From an uncultured Candidatus Saccharibacteria bacterium (GTDB lineage Bacteria > Patescibacteriota > Minisyncoccia > Phycocordibacterales > UBA9973), in the NCBI GenBank assembly GCA_964432275.1, contig CAYSMH010000003.1:6718-70717 (forward strand): 64,000 nucleotides of DNA, read 5' to 3'. Every line of letters begins with the position of its first letter. Within the stretch, counting starts at the first letter, position 1. Under the pieces are notes generated by a model. That model saw only the letters and a program-made list of their open reading frames with translations, did no database searches and was not told where the DNA came from. A program made the translations under genes and the position numbers. Shown in pieces: positions 38,499 through 49,364 of the stretch.

Positions 38499-38521
38499 GC
38501 TCCGAACCTTAGAGGATATTC
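38499..38521 (+). repeat. 23-bp direct repeat, copy 2
   Basis: GCTCCGAACCTTAGAGGATATTC. Confidence 0.7.
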
Positions 38522-38532
38522 AGATTTAATAA

Positions 38533-39672
38533 CTACTCCACTTTCAATCTCCTCGTATACACCATCGCCGCTACCAATAAAGCTGCGAGGACAGCAAATA
38601 GGAGTCGCATGTCGCCGATTGCGAGTACGAGTGCGCCGGCCAGTGGTGCAATGATATAGGCAAGTGGGAGCGTCATACGAAGTGTGCTGATGAGAGCAGT
38701 GTCGCGTTCGGTGACGTGTTTGAAAAACGCACTCTCTCCAGCGACCTCTACGATACTCGCTCCGACACGTGTAAGGAAAAGGATCGCTGCGAAAACAACA
38801 GCCTTGGTCGGGAGTGGGAGTGCAAGGAGGAGGGTCGCAAGTGCGGTGATCGCAAAGCCTAGGCGCAAGAGGTGTGGTTCGTTGTTGTACCGGTCAGCTA
38901 CCTTGCCAGTCCAGTATTGAAACAGTACAAACGGCAGCAGCATGACTGAGAGGATGATACCGATCGTACCGAGACCAAACCCGAGACTACTGAGGTATGG
39001 TGTCATGTAGAGCACCATCCATGCAAAGAAAAACTGCATGACGAAGTACAGCGTGACGATGCGCCGTGCATATGGGTGTACTACGAGTGCATGGAACGAC
39101 TCGGTAAATGATAGTCGCGGCACGTGTGTGTCGCGTGGAACCCGTGAGGTGGAGCTGATCACGATCAATGAGACAAAGATCGCTATCGCTCCGGCTATGT
39201 ACATGCCCGTAAATCCTACCGTACCCGCGATTAGACTCGCTGCCATGGGTGCGATCACCCAGCCGGCGTTGTTGAGTGTGAGGTAGAGCCCGCGGATGTT
39301 GCCGGTGTTGTGCACGCGACTGTAGTGCTCGATCACAAGATCAAAACCGTACCAGATAATCGTGTTGAGTGAGAAATATAGTACAAACAGCGCGACAAAT
39401 GCATTGTCGGTCGTACTCGTCCCAAGCAGTCCGAGCAATACTCCCGCCACGGCGAGTACCGCGATCAAGAACCTGCTGGAGCCCATACGTCGCACGAGGT
39501 TGCCCGCACCGATCAGGAGTACAAATGATAGTGCAGACGCTACGGTGTACGCCACCGTCATGCCTTGTGCACTCGTGTGGAGTGCAAGTGCTGTCGTGTT
39601 GAGGTACGACAGGAGTGCCAGATGTAGCGAGAAGAAAAATGATGCAAGAAAGACTGGTCGAAGTGGATGCAT
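38533..39672 (-). CDS. MFS transporter
   Basis: About 12 TM; GKVADRY motif. Confidence 0.85.
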   Translation of the reverse strand: MHPLRPVFLASFFFSLHLALLSYLNTTALALHTSAQGMTVAYTVASALSFVLLIGAGNLVRRMGSSRFLIAVLAVAGVLLGLLGTSTTDNAFVALFVLYFSLNTIIWYGFDLVIEHYSRVHNTGNIRGLYLTLNNAGWVIAPMAASLIAGTVGFTGMYIAGAIAIFVSLIVISSTSRVPRDTHVPRLSFTESFHALVVHPYARRIVTLYFVMQFFFAWMVLYMTPYLSSLGFGLGTIGIILSVMLLPFVLFQYWTGKVADRYNNEPHLLRLGFAITALATLLLALPLPTKAVVFAAILFLTRVGASIVEVAGESAFFKHVTERDTALISTLRMTLPLAYIIAPLAGALVLAIGDMRLLFAVLAALLVAAMVYTRRLKVE

Positions 39673-39673
39673 A

Positions 39674-41539
39674 CTAGAGTACTAGTATAACAGGGATCAC
39701 GAGTGGACGCTTTGCGGTCTTTTGTAGCAAGTACTTGCTCACGGTTTCTGCAACAGTGTTTTTGAGGTTCTCGAGGTTGTTGGGATCCATTTGCTTGGAG
39801 TAGGTCTCGATCGTGCGTTTGGTGAGGATACGAGTTTGGCGCAAAAGTTCTTGGTTTTCTTTGAGGTAGACAAACCCACGAGAGATAATGTCGGGAGATT
39901 TGCGGAGCATACCAGTTTGACTATTGATCACTGCCATCACTACAAACATACCGTCTTCTGCAAGCATCTGGCGATCTCGAATAACGACGTTTTGCTCATC
40001 ACCGACTGAGAAGCCGTCGACCATCATAGGACTTGATGGAGCCTTTTCTTTACGAACACCGATCTTGGTACCACCGTGAGTGATTTCAATAATAGATCCG
40101 TTGTCTGGGACCACAATGTGATCTTCGGGCATACCGAGCTCCATAGCGAGCTCTTTGTGCAGCTCGAGGTGGTAGTGGTTGCCGTGAATAGGGATAAAGA
40201 ATTTCGCATGCATTTTGCGGTGGAGCCATTTGATATCTTCTTTGTTGCCGTGACCGGTCGCGTGAACGAAGTCTTCACCAGGAGTACGGTATGAGATGAT
40301 CTTGACGCCTTGGCGAGAGAGACCGTCTTTCATTGCTTGGACTGAGCGCTCATTTCCGGGAACGACTGATGCTGAGAGAATAATGCGATCTCCTTTACGT
40401 AGTACGAGTTTCTTGTTGGTTTTGTTTGCGGCACGATTGAGTGCGCCAAACTCTTCTCCTTGCGCACCTGTGATGAGCACGAGGATACGATCTGGTGGGT
40501 ATTTGTCGATGTCTTCGATTGGGATGATTGTACCTTTTTGTGGCTTGAGTAATCCTGCTTGGATGATGACGTCAATGTTAGTTTTCATTGATCGGCCTTC
40601 TACTACGATCTTTTTCCCAAGCTCTTCAGCAATCTGTACAATTTTGATTAGACGAGTGATGTGAGATGCAAACGCGGCGATGAGGATACGGTTGTTTTTC
40701 TCACGACGCAAGATAGCCTCGATACCTTGGTGTACTTTGATTTCGGCGAGAGAGAATCCTTCGTTTTCGATGTTGGTCGAATCAGTCATCAAAAGTAGGT
40801 TATTTGCATTATCAAACTGTGCATACTCTTTTTCTTCACTTTCAGAAACAACACCATCGATTTGGTCGAGTTTGTAGTCACCAGGAGTCACAATGTTGCC
40901 ATATGGTGTTTCGATAATGATACCCATAGAGTCTGGGATCGTGTGGGTTACGCCCCAAAACCGAACAACAAGGTTGCCAATAGTCACAGTCTGATCCTTT
41001 TCCACAATAACAGGGTTCATTGGTGGCAGGTGAGAAAACTCTGCTTGACGCTTTTGTGTCATCAGTACGGTGAGGTTACGAGAATACACAGGCGGGTTGC
41101 CGATACGAGAGAGTACTAGTGGTACGCCACCGATGTGGTCAAGGTGACCGTGGGTGATGATGAGTGCGCGAATCTTTTCTTTGCGCTCTTCGAGATAGCG
41201 AGTGTTGGGGATCACGTAGTCGATACCAGGAGTTGATTCGTTGGAGAACGACATACCTGCGTCGATGACGATGATATCGTTACCGATTTCGATAGCAGTC
41301 ATGTTTTTGCCGATTTCTTCGACACCTCCAAGTGGAATGATACGAATCACACCTTCCTCTGGTGCGGGAATATGCGCGGTTTTGCGATCAGTGGGTTCTG
41401 CCATCACGTCGATAGGTCCTCCTGGGTGTGGTGGTTTGCGACCACGGTCAAATGCTCGACGATTTCCAAATCGTTTTGGTTTTGAAAAAGGTTTTTTAGG
41501 TGTTGTAGGGGTTGGTTTAGTGTGTGTTGTGTGTTCCAT
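39674..41539 (-). CDS. rnj: Ribonuclease J
   Basis: PLGGVEEIGKN, HGHLDHIG, beta-CASP, HATGH. Confidence 0.95.
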   Translation of the reverse strand: MEHTTHTKPTPTTPKKPFSKPKRFGNRRAFDRGRKPPHPGGPIDVMAEPTDRKTAHIPAPEEGVIRIIPLGGVEEIGKNMTAIEIGNDIIVIDAGMSFSNESTPGIDYVIPNTRYLEERKEKIRALIITHGHLDHIGGVPLVLSRIGNPPVYSRNLTVLMTQKRQAEFSHLPPMNPVIVEKDQTVTIGNLVVRFWGVTHTIPDSMGIIIETPYGNIVTPGDYKLDQIDGVVSESEEKEYAQFDNANNLLLMTDSTNIENEGFSLAEIKVHQGIEAILRREKNNRILIAAFASHITRLIKIVQIAEELGKKIVVEGRSMKTNIDVIIQAGLLKPQKGTIIPIEDIDKYPPDRILVLITGAQGEEFGALNRAANKTNKKLVLRKGDRIILSASVVPGNERSVQAMKDGLSRQGVKIISYRTPGEDFVHATGHGNKEDIKWLHRKMHAKFFIPIHGNHYHLELHKELAMELGMPEDHIVVPDNGSIIEITHGGTKIGVRKEKAPSSPMMVDGFSVGDEQNVVIRDRQMLAEDGMFVVMAVINSQTGMLRKSPDIISRGFVYLKENQELLRQTRILTKRTIETYSKQMDPNNLENLKNTVAETVSKYLLQKTAKRPLVIPVILVL

Positions 41540-41542
41540 ATA

Positions 41543-42940
41543 TTATTTGTTGAAAATTTTCCATACATTGTTGGTCCGTACATACCAGCGTGCACTGGAT
41601 CTGTATCGATCTCCACCAGGCTGTGCAGGTAGGTCGATAGAGATGGATCGGCGACGAATCAGGGGTGTTGTAGGTGTATAGAGTGGGACTGCTAAGGTAT
41701 ATCCTGATGGTATATCGCGTGTGCTCAATGAATCTAAAAAGAGTGCGTATCGAGCATTGCGTACATCATCCTGAAACAGACCACGGTCAAATGCTTGGAT
41801 AGTCAGCGTACTGCCACTAGCAGCGAGTTGGTCGCGTAGTGCGTATGCTACTGCAAGCACAGTAGGGTCGTTGAGTACTGCCATCGAGAAATCAGGAGGC
41901 GTAGTCTCAGGAGTGTTTGTTGGAGTACCTGTAGGTATTCCATAACCAAACTCTATGGTATCAACGATTTGGTTTTTGTCAATCGTACTATCAACTACAG
42001 CTAGTGACGAACGTGACATATCACTGCGAGCATAGATTCCAACTGTCATTCCTGTGTCGATTGGTGTTTGTTCGTAGCCGGATATCATGGCTGCTGTTTG
42101 AGGTGTCGCTGCAAAAGTCATGTCAATATCACGCGCATTGAGCGCAGAGAGAAGTGCTGTTTGGTTTGCGAAAAACATGATTTGGTATGTATCAATGTAT
42201 GCTTTGTCGTGCGTGTAGTGTTTGTTGCGCTTGAGTGTTACAGAAGTGGTGATGCCATTGGTTTCGGTACGGGTCCGCCATACAAATGGTCCAGATCCTA
42301 TAGGTGCAAGGGTGTATGGCGAGACTTCCATAGATGTACCGCCTTGATCCCATACGTGCATCGGGATGATGCCGATAGTTGCAAGTTGTAAAAATGAAGC
42401 ATTGGGTGCAGGTAGTGTGACAACTACTGTTTGCGGGTCTGGTGCGGTGGTGACAACACCTCGCCAGTCTGCATCGGTCAGAGCAAGTGTATCGAAAGTG
42501 AACGTTACGTCAGCACTTGTTAATGATATGCCGTCGCTCCATTTAAGATCAGGGCGTAACGTAAATGTATAGGTGGTACCATTTGGAGATACTGTATATG
42601 ACATTGCAAGGTCTTCCTCAACATCGTCATTGGTTTTGCGTAGTAGTCCGCTATAGAGGAGCTGTACGAGTGCTCGGTCTGTCTCTGTGGTTGCAAGCAG
42701 TGGATGTACGAGTCGTGGTGCGCCGATCATACCTTCGACTAGTGTGCCTCCACGAGCGGGGATAGTGGTTAAAAAGCTTTGGTTGATAGAAAGTATAAGT
42801 ATGTATAGTGATATCAGTATTGCGATACCAAATGTATACAACCCAACACCATACCACGACAGTGGTCGAGCGAGTACACGACGAAGTGTGTCGCGTGAGG
42901 GAAGTTTGTGTGTAGTGAGAAATGAAAAAAAGGTCGCCAT
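41543..42940 (-). CDS. ABC transporter substrate-binding protein (family 5)
   Basis: GGTLVEG, YTFTLR..WSDG..TSADV.FT, PIGSGPF. Confidence 0.85.
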   Translation of the reverse strand: MATFFSFLTTHKLPSRDTLRRVLARPLSWYGVGLYTFGIAILISLYILILSINQSFLTTIPARGGTLVEGMIGAPRLVHPLLATTETDRALVQLLYSGLLRKTNDDVEEDLAMSYTVSPNGTTYTFTLRPDLKWSDGISLTSADVTFTFDTLALTDADWRGVVTTAPDPQTVVVTLPAPNASFLQLATIGIIPMHVWDQGGTSMEVSPYTLAPIGSGPFVWRTRTETNGITTSVTLKRNKHYTHDKAYIDTYQIMFFANQTALLSALNARDIDMTFAATPQTAAMISGYEQTPIDTGMTVGIYARSDMSRSSLAVVDSTIDKNQIVDTIEFGYGIPTGTPTNTPETTPPDFSMAVLNDPTVLAVAYALRDQLAASGSTLTIQAFDRGLFQDDVRNARYALFLDSLSTRDIPSGYTLAVPLYTPTTPLIRRRSISIDLPAQPGGDRYRSSARWYVRTNNVWKIFNK

Positions 42941-42970
42941 GAAATAAGGCTCACCTAAGTATCTGTAGAA

Positions 42971-43189
42971 CTACAGGACAATAACCGCAAGACTAGATCC
43001 TGCGAAAACAACTGCAGCACTAACTGTCAGGATAAAAAGCAGACGCTCTGCTCCGCGACGTGTCTGGAAAAATGATAGGGAATCGCCCCCAAGTGATGTG
43101 CCGCTGTCGCCTTGTGAACGTTGAAGGAGGACAAGAACGATAAGTGCGATACTTGAGATAATCTGAATGAGATGCAGTGTGTATGTCAT
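42971..43189 (-). CDS. secG: Preprotein translocase subunit SecG
   Basis: VLLQR..LGG..TRRGAE. Confidence 0.88.
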   Translation of the reverse strand: MTYTLHLIQIISSIALIVLVLLQRSQGDSGTSLGGDSLSFFQTRRGAERLLFILTVSAAVVFAGSSLAVIVL

Positions 43190-43256
43190 AGGTGAAACGT
43201 GATAAGTATAACAGAAAAGAATATAAACGCGATTATTGACAAAAATCAATAGTATT

Positions 43257-44258
43257 TTATTTCGACAAGCTTTCGATCAGGCGTTTGCCTTGCTCAAACA
43301 TATCAAGCACAGGAATACCTTCTTTTGAGAGAAGTACTGAGGTGAAGTCGTATGTTGTAGGAGTACCTTTTTCTAGTGTCGCAGTCAGTATACCTGAGAC
43401 ACCGAGTGTATCACTGACGACGAGTCGGCCACCTCCGACGAAGTTGCCGAGTGAATACGCAATAGGTACACCTCGGTACACCTCTATTTTGCGCAGGACA
43501 TGTGGGCCTGCACCGAGTACGAGGTCTGCACCTGCGTCTATCGCAGTGTACGCGACTTGTTGGACATTACCGCGATCTTCACTGCCTACATATTCATTTA
43601 CACCTGGTACATCTGTTTTATTTACACCTTCTGCACCACCATGGAAAATGACGATAACGAAGTCATTAGTTTCTTTGAGTTTCGCAACTTCGCGCGCAAT
43701 GAAGTCGTAGTCAGTAATAGTACGCGCGGGTTCAGTACTTGAGAGTCCCAGTATCCCAATCTTTTTATCTTTTATAACGATACTTGTAGAAGGATTGGTA
43801 GGAGAAATATACGGGATACCAACTTCGTTGAGCACTCGTTCCGTATCAGTGAGTCCTTCGGAGAAATAATCGTATGAGTGATTGTTGACGAGCGATACGA
43901 AATCAAAGCCCGCATCGGAGAGTGCGTATGCAAATGATGGATCTCCGCGAAATGCATGGCACATACTAGATAGATAGATGCATTTGTCCATGCGCCCCTC
44001 AGCTGCAAAAGTCCCTTCGAGGTTGCCTATCATAAGATCGGGTTTATTGAGTACATGGCGTACTGTCGCAAATGCGCGGTAGTTGTAGTCTCTGTCACTA
44101 CTCGGAACCATGTCGCCGACCCAACCGATTGTGATGTTGGTAGGTCTCGGTGCTGGCGTAATAAAGACGCTCGTAGGTGCTTGTGCCCATAATGCACCAG
44201 TGCCGATGATGCCAGCGATGATTACGAGAGCAATGATAGAACGAAGAGTCGTGCGCAT
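43257..44258 (-). CDS. CapA/PGA_cap family metallophosphoesterase
   Basis: VGDM, GNLEG, NNHSYD, FHGG, PH, YSLGNF. Confidence 0.88.
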   Translation of the reverse strand: MRTTLRSIIALVIIAGIIGTGALWAQAPTSVFITPAPRPTNITIGWVGDMVPSSDRDYNYRAFATVRHVLNKPDLMIGNLEGTFAAEGRMDKCIYLSSMCHAFRGDPSFAYALSDAGFDFVSLVNNHSYDYFSEGLTDTERVLNEVGIPYISPTNPSTSIVIKDKKIGILGLSSTEPARTITDYDFIAREVAKLKETNDFVIVIFHGGAEGVNKTDVPGVNEYVGSEDRGNVQQVAYTAIDAGADLVLGAGPHVLRKIEVYRGVPIAYSLGNFVGGGRLVVSDTLGVSGILTATLEKGTPTTYDFTSVLLSKEGIPVLDMFEQGKRLIESLSK

Positions 44259-44260
44259 AC

Positions 44261-46192
44261 TTATACGAGAGCGTAGTCGAGCAGTCGCTTCACAATATCA
44301 GCGTTGGTTACCTTGAATCGTACGCTGTCTCCAATACGAAACTCTTTACGAGTTTTGCGACCGACGATTGTCATTTCTTTTTCTCGGTACTCAAAGTAGT
44401 CGTTCCCAATATCGCGCAGGCGAACCATACCTTCACACTTTGTTTCTTTTTCTTCGACGAAAATACCGTTAGGGGAGACACCAGTGATCGTACCGTTAAA
44501 TACTTGTCCAACTCGGGTCGACATATACTCTACTTGCTTGTACTTAATAGATGCGCGTTCTGCATCAGCCGCTTCTTTTTCGCGTATAGACGAATGACTA
44601 CAGACTCGGTCGTAGTATTCCCACATTTCTTTAGGGATCGTACCGTTTGCGAGGTAGTGTGTCAGTAGTCGATGTACGATCGTGTCTGGGTATCGACGAA
44701 TAGGGGACGTGAAGTGTGTATAGAACTCAAAGGCGAGCCCATAGTGACCGATATTTTTCGTACTATAGATAGCTTTTGCCATAGATCGGACGATGGCGGT
44801 CTGGATTGTTTCTTTTTCAGGTTTACCGTCAAGAGACTGCACGAGTTCGTTGAGCGCACGTGCGGGAATGATACCTTCATCGTTTACTTTGAGGTTGTAC
44901 CCCATGCGCTTGAGGAATGTTTTGAGGTCTTCCATGCGTTCAGGGTCAGGGTTGTCGTGGACTCGGTAGACAAAGACGCGACTGTTATCCTTATCACCCT
45001 TGGTGATGAACTCCGCGACTTTGCGATTGGCGAGCAACATGAGCTCTTCGATCATGTGGTGTGTTTGACCTCGTTCTTTGACGTATGCAGACAACGGTAT
45101 CCCATTTTCATCGAGCTTGAACTTCACTTCAACCGTGTCCAGTACCATTGCTCCAGCAGCAAAGCGTTTCTTTTCTAAATCCTGCGCGATCGTAAGCGCC
45201 GCTTCGAGTTCTTTCAAAAATGGACCATCTTTAGTATCCAAGACTTTTTGTGCATTTTCGTAGGTAAATCGCTGGTGGGAGTGGATCACTGTTTTGCCGT
45301 ACCATTCATCAACGACGTTCATCTGTTTATTAATAACAAACACTGCTGACATGGTGAGACGATCTACGTCGGGATTGAGCGAACAGAGATCGTTTGAGAG
45401 TGCTTCTGGAAGCATGGGGATTGTACGGTCGACGAGATAGACAGATGTTGCGCGGCGGTATGCTTCTGCATCGAGCGCAGTGTCGGGGCGCACATAGTGT
45501 GAGACATCTGCGATGTGGATACCTATTTCTACCTTACCTTCATCGAGGAACTGCACTGAGATTGCATCGTCGAAATCTTTGGCGTCTTCGGGGTCGATGG
45601 TAAATGTCGTGATTTGTCGGAAGTCTCGGCGATTTGCTTTTTCTTCCTCGGTAATACCATGCGCTTTGATTGCCTGAGCTTCTGCATCAACTTGTGGTGG
45701 GTAATCAGTATCAAAGCCTTTTTCAAGTGCAAGTGAGAGCATCTCAGCGTTGTTTTCAAGTGGTTTGCCGAGCACCTTCATCACTTCTCCTGTTGGCGAT
45801 TGCATCGGGTCAGGCCAGTCAGTGATCGCGCAAAACACTTTGTCGCCCTGTTTTGCACCAGCGAGTTTGGAGTCGGGAATAGTGATCGGTGTGTACATGC
45901 GACCATCGTTGGTTACGATGCAGTGAGCACCTTGTTCAAACGAGAGGGTACCGGAGTAGCCGATCTTGGCACGACGAGTGATGTCGATGACCCTGCCATA
46001 CGGGTTGTCATGGTTTACATTAGGGAGTTCGGTAATCTCGACTTTGACGATATCGCCATGAAATGCGCGGTTGAGTGCCTCGCGCGGGACTTCTACTGCC
46101 ATTTTAGGGTCGCGGACCTTTACAAAGCCAATGCCTTTAGTTGATATATTGATCGAACCCTCATATAGAGAGCCTACAGAGACGTTTTCCAT
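44261..46192 (-). CDS. rnr: Ribonuclease R
   Basis: TIDPEDAKDFDDA, HFTSPIRRYPD, C-terminal S1. Confidence 0.95.
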   Translation of the reverse strand: MENVSVGSLYEGSINISTKGIGFVKVRDPKMAVEVPREALNRAFHGDIVKVEITELPNVNHDNPYGRVIDITRRAKIGYSGTLSFEQGAHCIVTNDGRMYTPITIPDSKLAGAKQGDKVFCAITDWPDPMQSPTGEVMKVLGKPLENNAEMLSLALEKGFDTDYPPQVDAEAQAIKAHGITEEEKANRRDFRQITTFTIDPEDAKDFDDAISVQFLDEGKVEIGIHIADVSHYVRPDTALDAEAYRRATSVYLVDRTIPMLPEALSNDLCSLNPDVDRLTMSAVFVINKQMNVVDEWYGKTVIHSHQRFTYENAQKVLDTKDGPFLKELEAALTIAQDLEKKRFAAGAMVLDTVEVKFKLDENGIPLSAYVKERGQTHHMIEELMLLANRKVAEFITKGDKDNSRVFVYRVHDNPDPERMEDLKTFLKRMGYNLKVNDEGIIPARALNELVQSLDGKPEKETIQTAIVRSMAKAIYSTKNIGHYGLAFEFYTHFTSPIRRYPDTIVHRLLTHYLANGTIPKEMWEYYDRVCSHSSIREKEAADAERASIKYKQVEYMSTRVGQVFNGTITGVSPNGIFVEEKETKCEGMVRLRDIGNDYFEYREKEMTIVGRKTRKEFRIGDSVRFKVTNADIVKRLLDYALV

Positions 46193-46258
46193 GGAGACAC
46201 TTTATCATGAGAGTTTTGTATTGCATAATCTCGAACTTCCTGCTATTATCTGCCCTAC

Positions 46259-46564
46259 ATGTTAAAGATCAGATTACAACGTATCGGACGCAAGAACGCA
46301 CCAGCTTTTCGCCTGGTTGTTACCGATAGCAAAAACGCTGCACAGAGCGGGAAGTTTCTCGAGATTTTGGGTACCCATACTGTGAAAAATGATGCAGTCG
46401 CATTTGATGGTGACCGCGTCAAACACTGGATCAAAAACGGTGCACAGGTTTCTGCTACTGCACACAACATGCTTGTGAAGGCAGGTATCATCGAAAGTAA
46501 AAAGAAAAATGTGTTACCTAAAAAAGCTCCAACTGTAAAACGAAAAGAACTCAAGAAGAAATAA
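46259..46564 (+). CDS. rpsP: 30S ribosomal protein S16
   Basis: MLKIRLQRIGRK..WIKNGAQ. Confidence 0.95.
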   Translation: MLKIRLQRIGRKNAPAFRLVVTDSKNAAQSGKFLEILGTHTVKNDAVAFDGDRVKHWIKNGAQVSATAHNMLVKAGIIESKKKNVLPKKAPTVKRKELKKK

Positions 46565-46624
46565 TAACATCCCCACATCGGGGATTTTATTTTATAGCAA
46601 GACTTTCGGTATATACTATTTAGT

Positions 46625-48910
46625 ATGAATAAAAAATATGTAGCTTGCCTTCTTTTTCTAGCTTTCTTTTTTCCGCAGGTAGCTGATGCACTGACTTTGT
46701 CACCACAACTTATACAAAAAAACTCTCCGGCTATTATAAAAGAAATTGACCCTTCTATGGTCTCCTATGGCCTCATAAAGAACCCTGTAGTTCGTACGGT
46801 ACAAGAGCGACTTCAGCAGCTCGGGTACTATCAAGGTACACTTGATGGAAGTTATGGCAAACTCACTGTGAGGGCGGTTGCTGCATTTCAAAAGACACGC
46901 AGTATTGCAGGAAACGGTACGGTAGTTGATATAACAACACTCAAGGCACTCACCAGTACAACAACTCAACCCGAAAAAATACTTGTTCTCGGAGGTGGAC
47001 CAGCAGCAACTCCAGGAAGTGATCTTAATGATATATACGCAACCAGTGATATGAACAACTGGTCGCTCATATCTGCAAATAATCCTACGACTACGACCAA
47101 ATGGTCGACTCGTGTAGATCCTGGTATGGCGTATATGAACGGCATGTTCTATCTTGTCGGTGGAGGACCAGGCAACTGCTGTGGGGATATGGATCGTGGA
47201 GACGTATGGTCGTCAGCAGATGGGATGTCTTGGACCAAGCTCACGAGTAGTGCGCCTTTTATCGGGAGAAATATTCTTCATCCTGCTGTACTCAATAACA
47301 AGATGTATGTTATTGAAACGAGCTCAACTGCAGGGTCTGGTACGTCTGGACCTCGAGTCTGGTCATCAGCCGATGGTGCGACATGGGTACTAGTCACGAG
47401 TAGTGCAGCGTTTGGGCAGGTGTATCAGCCGACAGCTGTCGCATTTAATGGCAAACTCTACGTGATTAGTGGTCAACAAGGGGTAAATACACTTGCCAAT
47501 GTGTGGTCATCTGTCGATGGGGCTACTTGGACCAAGGTTTCAACGACAGGACCACAAACTGCACAAGCTCGTGCGTATGTATACAACGGCAAACTCTATG
47601 TGATTGGTGGATACCGATCGGGTAGTCCTACAAACTCAGTCTGGTCGTCACCCGACGGGGTAAGTTGGACACTTGTCACCAACGCTATGGCAACACAACT
47701 TAGCCTCAATCCGACAAGTGGCACCATCAATGCAGCAGTAGTTGCTGGAGGAAAAATGTGGGTCGCCGCCAAGTCTGACAATGCAGCATCTGAAAAAATG
47801 TATTCATCTACTGATGGGGCAACATGGACACCTGCATGTACCGCGGTCAACTGGCAATGGCCATCGCGGACAAACTTCGGCATGATTTCAAATGGCGGTA
47901 CACCAAGTAGTGTTGATCCATGTACAACACAATCAGGAATTACCAACACCATTCTCTTTATGGGTGGAGGTAACGAGCAAAATGGATATCGGTCATTCAA
48001 TGATGTATACAACAACACGATACCTGGATGTCTTTCAACTATGGGATATAGTTCTCTCACTGGTCAGTCTTGTACAACAGCAAGCTCGACATGGAATCAA
48101 ATCTCTCCAAGTACAACTAGTGCTTCCAAGTGGTCTGCGCGCCGCAATTTCCAAACACTGCTTTATAACAACCGATATTGGGTGATCGGTGGAGAAACTC
48201 CGACTGGGCTTGCAACAGATGTCTGGAACTCCCTCGATGGAGTCAGTTGGACGCAAGTTGCAACAACTGTTCCGTTTGCAAACTATACGTACTACAAGTC
48301 TATTGTTTTTAATAACAAAATCTATGTAGTAGGTGGCAGATCGTCCGCCAATTCTTCGGTATTTGCCAAGGCATGGTCTACAACGGATGGGGTGACATGG
48401 ACAACAACAACACTCCCATTTCGTGAACGACAAAACCCAACTCTCGGTATGATCAACGGCAAACTCTACGTGATCGGGGGTGTAGAAATTGGAGGCGCAA
48501 AAAGTGATGTGTGGTCCACCGCCAATGGAGTAAGTTGGACACCTATGAATGACTTCCCATACAAGGTCAGTGATGCAAAAATACTCACGTACAACGGCAC
48601 AACACTTATGCTTGGCGGACTCATATGGGATGCGGCTGGAACTGGTGCATCTTCTACCAAGACTATATGGAAGTATATACCGGCGAGTGATACTTGGAGT
48701 GTGGTAAGTAAAACATTCCCAGCTCCATCAAGTGCGTTTACCGAGATCGATGCGGTTATTGCAAACGGCAAACTATGGGTAAGTGAAGCGCTGTACCAGT
48801 CTGGTCAGCAGCGACTATGGACATCTGCTGATGGAGGTAGTACGTGGACCCTATCAAACATGTCGATACCGTGGTCTCCTCGTCATGCGTACAAGATGAT
48901 TGCAAAATAA
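46625..48910 (+). CDS. Secreted peptidoglycan-binding plus Kelch-like repeat protein
   Basis: Signal peptide; VQERLQQLGY..DG.YG..T..AV..FQ; repeated KLYVIGG..VWSS.DG.SW. Confidence 0.82.
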   Translation: MNKKYVACLLFLAFFFPQVADALTLSPQLIQKNSPAIIKEIDPSMVSYGLIKNPVVRTVQERLQQLGYYQGTLDGSYGKLTVRAVAAFQKTRSIAGNGTVVDITTLKALTSTTTQPEKILVLGGGPAATPGSDLNDIYATSDMNNWSLISANNPTTTTKWSTRVDPGMAYMNGMFYLVGGGPGNCCGDMDRGDVWSSADGMSWTKLTSSAPFIGRNILHPAVLNNKMYVIETSSTAGSGTSGPRVWSSADGATWVLVTSSAAFGQVYQPTAVAFNGKLYVISGQQGVNTLANVWSSVDGATWTKVSTTGPQTAQARAYVYNGKLYVIGGYRSGSPTNSVWSSPDGVSWTLVTNAMATQLSLNPTSGTINAAVVAGGKMWVAAKSDNAASEKMYSSTDGATWTPACTAVNWQWPSRTNFGMISNGGTPSSVDPCTTQSGITNTILFMGGGNEQNGYRSFNDVYNNTIPGCLSTMGYSSLTGQSCTTASSTWNQISPSTTSASKWSARRNFQTLLYNNRYWVIGGETPTGLATDVWNSLDGVSWTQVATTVPFANYTYYKSIVFNNKIYVVGGRSSANSSVFAKAWSTTDGVTWTTTTLPFRERQNPTLGMINGKLYVIGGVEIGGAKSDVWSTANGVSWTPMNDFPYKVSDAKILTYNGTTLMLGGLIWDAAGTGASSTKTIWKYIPASDTWSVVSKTFPAPSSAFTEIDAVIANGKLWVSEALYQSGQQRLWTSADGGSTWTLSNMSIPWSPRHAYKMIAK

Positions 48911-48953
48911 TTTGCTATACTGGTAGTATTAGTATCTAAGTACCATATACATT

Positions 48954-49259
48954 ATGTCTGACAAAGAATTTCTTGAATTTACTGTAAAAGCATTGGTTGA
49001 CAATCCTGCTGATGTGGTGATCGACCGTACTGTAGATGAAATGGGTGTACTTTTGACACTTTCCGTCAATCAAAACGATATGGGTAAGATCATTGGCCGC
49101 CAAGGTAACACTGCCAAGGCAATACGTACACTCTTGCGTGTAGTAGGTATGAAGCACAATGCTCGGGTGAATCTCAAGATCAATGAACCGGTAGGGTACA
49201 AAGGGCAACCAGGTGTTGCAGATCTTGATGATGCAATGGCAGATCTCAAGGATTTGTAA
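48954..49259 (+). CDS. khpA: KH-domain RNA-binding protein KhpA
   Basis: DMGKIIGRQGNTAKAIR; rpsP context. Confidence 0.9.
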   Translation: MSDKEFLEFTVKALVDNPADVVIDRTVDEMGVLLTLSVNQNDMGKIIGRQGNTAKAIRTLLRVVGMKHNARVNLKINEPVGYKGQPGVADLDDAMADLKDL

Positions 49260-49364
49260 TGTTTTACAAGAAAAACCGGACCTTCTAGGTCCGGTTTTGA
49301 CATATATGGAAAAAGTGGTAGGCTAACAAAAACGATATTTTTTAACTTTTAAATAGTGATCTTT

